This document shows positions 13,601 through 22,600 of a DNA stretch of 64,000 nt, piece by piece. The notes under the pieces are model-generated. The model saw nothing but the letters and a program-made list of their open reading frames with translations, had not been told where the DNA came from and did not search any database. The DNA is from Macrostomum lignano. Lineage: Eukaryota. Numbering within the stretch: the stretch's first letter is position 1; each line of letters begins with the position of its first letter. The position numbers and the translations under genes were made by a program. The stretch spans positions 62,001 to 126,000 of the forward strand of contig NIVC01000366.1 of assembly GCA_002269645.1 (NCBI GenBank). The letters are read 5' to 3'.

Positions 13601-16600
13601 ACCAGTCAGGAAGCCCGTGCCCACAAACCAGGTTAGAAGGCCCCCATAGCCTATTAGAGATGGCCCGAAGGCCTAGAGCCGTGGCAACCATGCTGGGGCC
13701 GACCGCCCATCTACCCCCGGGTACAAATCATAAACCTCCCCGAGGCCAGAGGGGGTTGAGAGAACCATTCAGGGAAGCCCGTGCCTACTCCTGGGTTAGT
13801 TAAGCCAATGCCGGTCATTTGACCGCTCCCCACGGCCGTGGCAACCCGAAGGAGCCTCCCCCCCAACTAAACCCCGGGTACTCTTGCCAACAGACAGTCT
13901 CTTATCTTTGAAGCGGCAGGAGGGCTAATCGCCGGGACTATTTCACCCTTTGCTTCGCCAACCCGCCATTTCTATTGTGACCGTGCCAACGGTCTCGTCC
14001 TGCTCAGACTCAGTCCTGGTTCTGGCACACTCCAGCTTTAATAGGGTCGCTGGCTGTACGCTCAGAGGGCGCCTGAGGGATACCGTCAGAGCACCTTGGT
14101 ACAGGTATAGGCCTGCCTTCCTATACAGCTACCCACAGCCCTTCCCGATCCACTATTACCCTCCAACCCAGCCTACTAACTCATTACAAGCTTTCAGCCA
14201 AGTTTCACAGACAAGTTTCACAGGATTGACTGCGGTTAGGCGTCTCTATGCGAGACAAAACCAATGTACTGAAGTACAATGGGGTTTCTTCCCGGTTTAA
14301 GGCCCTTGCGGATTACCTTCAGACTCGGGCCTCTTCAGTGGGAAGTTCTCTCAACTTTCTCAGTAGCGTAGGTAGTGCTGCCACCAGTTCCTTCAGGTCT
14401 CGGCCTTCGATGAGGTGAGCTTCCCGTCGGAACGAAATAAACAAGTCAACGAACTCAGCACAGCGTGCAGATTTGCAGATTAATGAACAAGGCGTCCTGA
14501 TCAGCAGATCCCCGCCGGGCTCAGGGGTGACTGGGAAGGCAGTGTTAGCCTCCCTTAGGCTTGGGCTTTAGTGGGGTCTCAGTCAGACCAGTACAAACGG
14601 ATTCAGTACGAAAAGGGCACTTAGTTAGACACTGACGCACACGGGTTCTTAGTGAATTCTCCGCAGATAAGAAGCCTTTCCTTGACGGAAACAAGGGGAG
14701 AGGGGTCCTTTTTATAGCCGGGAAACACCCACGCACAAGACCTCGTGACTTGTTCTATTTTTAGAACTGACGTCACTTGAGGTCTCGGGCAGGGTCTCAG
14801 TGCGCGCAAGACCTCGTGACTCGTTCTATTTTTAGAACTGACGTCACTTAAGGTCTCCGGCCAGAGTACACGCGGCTGTGACTCAGTTGCTATTTTTAGC
14901 AACATGAGTCACTCCTCTCCTTAGAGAAGGGAGGGGTCCGAAAGCACGTGATTCTCCCGGTAAACAGGGCCAACGAGTGCAGTAAACATGTTTACTGCAC
15001 TTTAGGACTCGAAGAACGCAGAGTCTGTCATGTGACTTGCTCACATGACAGAGGAAAACGGGACGGGAACGAAACAGAGACAGCCCACAGCAGAGAAGCT
15101 GAGGGCTGAGAACAGAGACGCAGAAGGGCAGAACAGGCCAAGGGCAGCAACAGACGGGCCAAGGGGGCGGGAAGCTGACCAGCGGCAGACAGCAACCCAG
15201 GGCGAGGGCGAGGGAGACTGCTGACAAAGTGGGACGCCTAACACCAACTAGCGGATCACTACACTCTCCCCGTTCAAATGAAGAGGCGGAGTGAAAGCGA
15301 AGCGCGCTTTATTTAATAAACGAAATAGTGATTTTACTAAATAAAATTATTACAAATGCCTGGCAAAAGGATGGCAGTGTCACAAGGCATGCAAATTATT
15401 ACACGGCTGGGCCAAGGTCAGGATTGTGACCCAAAATGGCGAAGCACCAATAGCACCGGTGGGTTGCCCACGCCAAGGCAGAGCCCTAGAAAATCATAAA
15501 ATCGGAGGGGCTGGCAAGTCCCTCGGGCGTACGCAGAATCAGGACCTCAGTCCAACAGCGGTTTGGGGGCGCCGGCCCGGAAAATGGGCGCCTAAATATA
15601 CGGGATACCATAGACAGCCGGCAGAGCCCGTCACTGGGGAGAAGGGGGATGCAGAACTGCATCAGAGCAACAGCTCACGGGAAGATAAAAGAGTACGCAT
15701 TGCGGGGGCGCTGGCCCGCTATTGAGGCGCAACATAAAGTAGAGCAGGGAAAAATCAGAGGGTGCCTGTCAGCACCAAGTCCACAGAGTCAGAGTTAATC
15801 GCTGCGTTGGGTTGATCGGTGCACGCAGATGCGGGCAGTGCGACTAACATACGTCTTGGCCCTAGGATTAATAATTAGCCTCTCAGGCTGCCTACGATTC
15901 CTAGCCGGCCTACCGACATCTACAGACCCTAATGACGCTTCCACCGGAGTGGTGCATAACGACGGCCCAGGGGTCTGGACCACAGAAAAAGCAGCACTGG
16001 GAGCGGGAGCAGAAACGGGCGGAAAAGAAACAGCAGGCATGGACGCATCAAGAACAGGCTTATGCAGATGACATTCACCATACGGCACTGGCTCACGCCG
16101 AAGTGCACTTGCCTGGTTCGCTGGTGTCGTGACCGGTCCACCTCCTGGCTGCACCTCCGGGATCGCCAAAGGCCGGAAGTGCCATCGGAAGGCCGGCCTT
16201 GCGTCGTAGCCGTCATCATCATCATCGTCGGGGTCGTCCTGGTCGTCCTCGGGAATCGGCGTCAGGGTCGCGGGTCCTGCGCCGTCGGGGACGTCGGGCG
16301 GTCGCCGACGCTTCTTCGGTTTGTCGACTTCAGGATCGGAAGTCCTCGTGTAATCGGCGTCAGGCACGAGTAGGAGGTTCCGGCGATGGACGATTAGTTC
16401 GTCTCGTCTGGCTCTCGGGTTGGGCAGTCTCCGTCGAATCTTGTAGACGACCTCGCCCTTGGGCTCGACGACTTCGTATAGGGCTTTGCGAGGTCGATGA
16501 AACTTCGCCGCCTCATCCGGTTCGAGTACCGGGTTGTTGAGGAAGACCAGATCACCGGGTTGAAGCTTCTTGGCGGCGGGCAGGTTCGAATAGTGCTCGT

Positions 16601-19600
16601 CTCGCAGTTGCTGGTGCAGATGCAGGCGCTCCTTGGCTAGCTCAGTCGCCTCGTCCAGGCGACGTTGGAAGTCCTTGACGTAGTCGGGCAGGTCGGCGTA
16701 CTCGGGCAGCTTCTTCAGCGCGTTGTCGATCGGGAGTCGGAAATCACGGCCGAACACCAGGTAGTGAGGCGTGAAGCCGGTCACCGGGTGCACGCTGGAG
16801 CGGAGAGCCATCAGACAGGCCGGGAGGAAGGTGTCCCAGTCGTTGTGGTTGCGCTCGAGCAGACAGGTGAGGACACTCTTCAGCTGTTTGTTGAGGTTCT
16901 CGACTTGTCCGTTGGAAGCTGGATTGTACGGTGTTGTTGTCGTATGCCGAATGCCAAACAGGTCGCAGAACTTCTTGAAGGCCGAGCCGGTGAAGTTGGT
17001 GCCTTGGTCGGTGTGGATCCAGCATGGTACACCGAACTCAGGGATGAAGCGCTCCTGCAGAAGCTTGATGACTGTTTTGGCTTTCTGGTTTCTCATCGGG
17101 TAGGCGAATGGATACTTCGACGTCGCATCGCACAAGGTCAGGATGTAGCGGTTGCCGCTCTTGCTCTTCTGCGCGATTGGTCCTACTACATCACAGTGGA
17201 TTCTACCCAGAACTTCGCAGACTGGGAAGCTCTGGACCGGAACTCTCTCTCGCCGTCGCGATTTACTTTCAAGGCAGGTGCGGCACTTACTGATGAAGGT
17301 CTTGGTAGCACGGGCTAATCCGGGTCTCCAGAACCGTTCTCGTAGCCGCAGTAACGTCTTCGTCTCGCCAAGGTGTCCACACAGTGGCGAACTGTGGAGC
17401 TCCTGGAGCACCTGGGCGTCAAGGGCCTCAGGCAGAACAACCTTTGGCGGCTGCTGGCCATCGGACAGGTCAATCAGCAGCAGGCCGTTGTCCTCCTGCA
17501 GGTTTTCGTAGTATCCGAGCAGGTTCCGCTGCTCCTTCGTCAGGCGCAACCGGGCGTCGAACTCAGGCTTCGGGGCTTCGTCCTTGACCAGGTTGAGCAC
17601 GTAGCTGATGGCTCGGTCAGCGCGCTGGGCTTCAACGAACTGTTGGCGAGTCATCGGCAGCTTCAGAAAATCAGTGAGCACAGCGCGGCATGGCTGAGGG
17701 GTCCGGATTCCCGCAGTCTCCGCTTTAATGGCTCCAGGTCGATCACACGGCACCGTCTTGTCGGCGTCAGGATTAGGTCGCTCCGAGGGACTTTGTCTCA
17801 CGACGTCGGCGTACGTCCGTTGATCTCGAATCGAAGTTCTCTTCATCGCTCTCATGACAGAAGATTCCGCAGATGGAGCAGCGCGCATGCCTCCACTGCA
17901 TAGCACAGGCGACTCTTGGCTGTAGGGCGGGACGCAACACGTGAAGCACGCCTCGTCGCAGGCAGCCGTAGCCGTCGGCTCAGTCGTCGTCAAAATTGGG
18001 TGAGTCTTCTCCAGCACTGGGCGGTGTCGCAAAGGGGGACTCGACTTTCCGCACAGGCGATGAGCAGCTGTCTGTCGGCCCGGGGGACAGAGCTTCGACC
18101 TTGCAGCTGGCGCGAGATTCTGGCCCCTGTCAACATGGCGAGAGATCTCAGCGAAAGGCTCAGGAGGGTTGTACTTAAGTTGCTGTCCTGGAGTTGCGTT
18201 GCGGGCCGTCATCAGAAGGGCTGCCGGCGCGGTGGCCTTTGAATCTTGGTCCGTGGGCGTCTCCAGATTCCGAGACCTGAGGTCTTGGGCGTCGTCAAGG
18301 AGGTCTGTGTTCACAGTGGCCTCAAGGTCTTCGTCCAGGTTGGTCTCCAAGTTGCGGTAGGCGGCATGGGCATCGCGGCAGAGGGCTGTTGTCGCAGTGG
18401 CCTCTGAGTTGTCGTCCAGGCCGGTCTCCAGGCGTTGACTGCAGCGGTGGGCGTCGTGCTGGAAGGCTGCTGGCGCAGTGGCTTCCAGGTCTTCGTCCAG
18501 GTCAGTCTTGGCCTCCAAGCAGCGAGAGTGGACTGTCTTCTGGAGGGCTGCTCTGGCAGTGGCCTCGGGTGTCGGGTCCAAATCCGGTTCCAGGTCGTGG
18601 TCGTCACCGGGTCGGGCGGTAGAACCAGGTTGCTCTAGCAGTCGGCCATGCTCGAAGAAGATCGGCGGCCCTCCGGTCTTCTTGACAGGGCATCAGCGTT
18701 GGCGTGGTCCTTGCCTTTGCGGTGGTTGAGCTGGAAGCGGAACTCGCTTAGGCGCTCGATCCAGCGGCCTAAAATACCTGTGGCCTGAGTTTGGTTCAGT
18801 AACCACAGTAAGGCCCGATGATCGGATCGAACTTCAAACTTCTTGCCGATTAAGTAATGACGGAAATGTCGCATAGCGTCCACAATTGCAAGCAGCTCTT
18901 TCTTCGTGACCGTGTAGCGCTTCTCAGGATCGCGAAGTTTACGGCTAAAGAATGCAATTGGACGTTCGACGCCGTCGGATTGCAGTTGTCCAAGACAAGC
19001 GCCTATTCGAATATCAGAGGCATCCGTGTCGAGGACAAACTTCACGGCAGGATCAGAATTAAATTCAGGCAGAGCGAGAACTTCAGTAGAACACAATTTC
19101 TTCTTCAAAGTGTCGAACGCTACCTGATGCTCGGGAGTCCAATGCTGCCGTAGGCTGCCAATGTCCTTTCGCGTCAGGGCATGCAGCGGCGCAGCCACTC
19201 CAGCGTAGCCGTCGACAAACTTGTGGTAGTAATTGGCGAGGCCTAGGAATTGTCTCAGTTGAGTAACGGACTGTGGCACGGGCCAATCACGGATCTGCGC
19301 AATCTTGTCCTCACAGGTCTTCAGGCCGTCGGGAGTCACGACGTGACCTAAATAATGCAGCTCCTTGAGGAACAAATGACACTTCTTCGGTTTCACTTTG
19401 AGGTTGGCTGCGATGATGCGCTGAAGTACAGTTCGCAAGTTATCCAGCTGTTCCTCGAAAGTCACTGAGTGCACCACGATGTCGTCCATGTAGCCAAGCG
19501 CAGTCTTTGGCGTCAGGCCGTCCAGGAGCTTATTGATGCAACGCTGAAAGCTGCCAGGACTGTCGTGGAGACCCATCGGTAGAACGTTGAAACAGAATTG

Positions 19601-22600
19601 GCCGCGGTCGATTACTGAGAATGCCGTCAAGTGCTGGTCGCAGTCGCGCAGCGGGATCTGCCAGAATCCTTGAGCAAGGTCCAAGCTAGAATACCACTGA
19701 GCACCACGAAGCTTCGCGAAGGTTTCCTGGATGTGCGGGAGCGGATACGGGTGATACACACACCTGTCGTTGAGAGCTCTGAAGTCGTGGACTAGTCGGA
19801 TGTTGCCGTCCTTCTTGGGCACGATGAGCATTGGCGAATTGTAGCTCGAGTAGGCAGGGCGAATGATGTGCTTCGCCAGCATCTCGTCTAGCAGGGCGTC
19901 GAGTTTGTCCTTCAGATGAGGCGGGATTCGGCGCGGTGGTAGCGCGACTGGTGTCCGGTCCTTCAAGATGATCTCGTGGGTCACCAGGTGAGTCAGGCCG
20001 GCGTCTAGCGAGTGCTTGGAGAAGGCCGCTTGACATTCGACTAGTAGATCTCGCACTCTTTGATGTTGTTCTTTGGACAATTCGCTGTTGATCTCGACTT
20101 CATCTAGCCATGCTGTGCTGGACTCTTCAGAGTTCTTCGGGAGGTGCCGCACTTCAGGTTCGGGCGTCTCGCTCAAGTACATCAGGTCGGCAGTTCGGAG
20201 TGGCGTCGCAACACCAACACGGATACCGGCTTGCAGGAACACCTCGCTGTCGGCGGTGTTGACGACCTCAATGTAGCCGCGACCTTCAGGCATCGTCATC
20301 AGAGCAGGCGCTGCTTCCAGAGCGTTGCAGCTGGGATGCAGCCTCGACTTAACCAGCTCGACAATTGATGGCGATCCTCGATTCTCAGGGTGGCCGTCAT
20401 CCAGTCTGACGGCAAGCAGCGCTGAACTTCTAGGCGGCAGGGTGCACTTCTCAGAGGTGTACACTCGGCAGTTCTGAAGCTCACGCCGCGAATAACGAAC
20501 AGGGATGCACGTGCCATTGTTGAACGTTAGCATTCCTTGAGCGAAGTCCAAGTTCTGGCAGTGCTCTCGCATAAACGATACGCCAAGCAAATTTTCACAA
20601 TCGGAGACCGTAACGAGGAATTCGGTGTCCGCGACGACATCACCGAACTCCACCGGGATGGTCACCTTACAAGCAAGCGGGAGCTGCGTCCCGTCATACA
20701 TAGTTACGCAATCGGGAATAGCATGCGATATAATACAACGAGGCATCCGGCGTCTAATAGCGGCCCAGGTTGACGAACCGAGGAAGTTTTTCCGGCTGCC
20801 GCTGTCTAGCAAGAAAGGGACCTCTCGACTCGCCACTCGACCTGTGACGTACGGATCGGCCTCACGCGCATGGATTTTTTGATTCGGGGAGGTGTCCACG
20901 AAACCTCCGCACTCAGCGTCGCTTACTGACGAGCGACTGTCGGACTGGGCATTGGCGCCTGCGCAGCCGACATCCTCTTCTTCTCGCGACCGTTCTGAAT
21001 CTGCCAAGTAGCCTGGGCTTGGACCTCGCGGAGGGCGGTGCCGTTGTCGCTCTCCGCCTGGCCGTTTCCCTGGTTCTGGCGCATCGGGCACTGGGTGTTG
21101 CGATGACCGGGCTGTCCGCAGCTATAGCAGATTATAGCTCTCTTTGGCGGGCTGGCTACCTGCTGTTGGTCACGCTGCACCAGGTGATCCAGCATTCGCT
21201 GCTGCTTCTCGATCAAGTCGGTTAGAGTCAGCAAGGCTTGGGCGGTGACGTCGGGTTTCGGGTCGCCGTCCTCCTCCCCGTCCAACATCCTAACCGGGGG
21301 TTGAGCAGATCGGTGCGCCAATTCTTTGGCGCCTTCTAGTCGTCGTAGCTCTCGAATCGCAGCAAGAAGATTGTTCGGGCGAACCCAGTACAGCCGTTCG
21401 CGCAGATCTGGAGTCGTCCGGATACCAGCAAGAAATTAATCAGTAATCTCCTTCTCGCGGTCTTCAGGATGCATTCGAGGATATGCACGTTCACCCAGAG
21501 TTCTCAGGGCGTCAGCGAACTCTTCTGCTGACTCATTCTTGCCTTGTTGACGACGTCGCAACAGTTCTCGATACTCATCAGCACCACCATGACGGGCAAA
21601 TCGCTCAATAAGACGCTGCTTGACCTCCTCGTAGCTGGCGAAACGCGGAAGATTCATACCAAGCAAGGAAGGATACGCAGTAGCCAAATCAAGACTCGCG
21701 ATGAGGTGTTGCTTCATCTCGAACGGGTCGACGATGCGCTCCATCTCGCAACGCTGCTCGAACGCGGCAAGCCAGACATGAATGTCCTGACTTGGAGTAA
21801 ACTTCACAATTTTAACTTGTTTACTCACGGGCCGCTCCATCTGCTGCTGCAGAGCTGCCATCATGGTCCTCACGTCCTGGTGCGTGATGTTCCGGCCGAT
21901 GTTGTCCAGGCCTTGCAGAAGCTCGTCTGGCGGGTCGTCGGACGCGTCGCTTCTGGCACCTCGCCTCGGCGTCGGCTGCTGACCAAAGTCGTTGATCGCT
22001 GCTGCTGCTGCGGCGTCTGCTGCCGCAGGCCTCGAACTGCTGATGTGCTGATCCAGCCGGCTGCTGCACCGGCTCTCGTCTCGCTCGTTGAACATGTTGA
22101 ACTCGTAGTCGTTGGCCGAAGTCGTTCTCGAAAGAGCGGTTGGCTTGGGTGTGTCGTAGTCGGATCCCACCGCTGCCACCAATGAAGTACAATGGGGTTT
22201 CTTCCCGGTTTAAGGCCCTTGCGGATTACCTTCAGACTCGGGCCTCTTCAGTGGGAAGTTCTCTCAACTTTCTCAGTAGCGTAGGTAGTGCTGCCACCAG
22301 TTCCTTCAGGTCTCGGCCTTCGATGAGGTGAGCTTCCCGTCGGAACGAAATAAACAAGTCAACGAACTCAGCACAGCGTGCAGATTTGCAGATTAATGAA
22401 CAAGGCGTCCTGATCAGCAGATCCCCGCCGGGCTCAGGGGTGACTGGGAAGGCAGTGTTAGCCTCCCTTAGGCTTGGGCTTTAGTGGGGTCTCAGTCAGA
22501 CCAGTACAAACGGATTCAGTACGAAAAGGGCACTTAGTTAGACACTGACGCACACGGGTTCTTAGTGAATTCTCCGCAGATAAGAAGCCTTTCCTTGACG

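Noticed and set aside
13568-13940. Twister, hammerhead or hairpin ribozyme assignment for the tandem units
   Set aside because: Partial motifs (GCCAATGCCGGTC, AAGCCCG, CTGA) occur, but the required cores (UCCCAAGC loop with GAGGG/UAA; CUGANGA...GAAA) are absent.
15426-15725. 99-aa + strand ORF in the gypsy 3' UTR, and many antisense ORFs over pol and integrase
   Set aside because: No recognisable motifs; expected shadows of GC-rich coding sequence. No env-like ORF was found.
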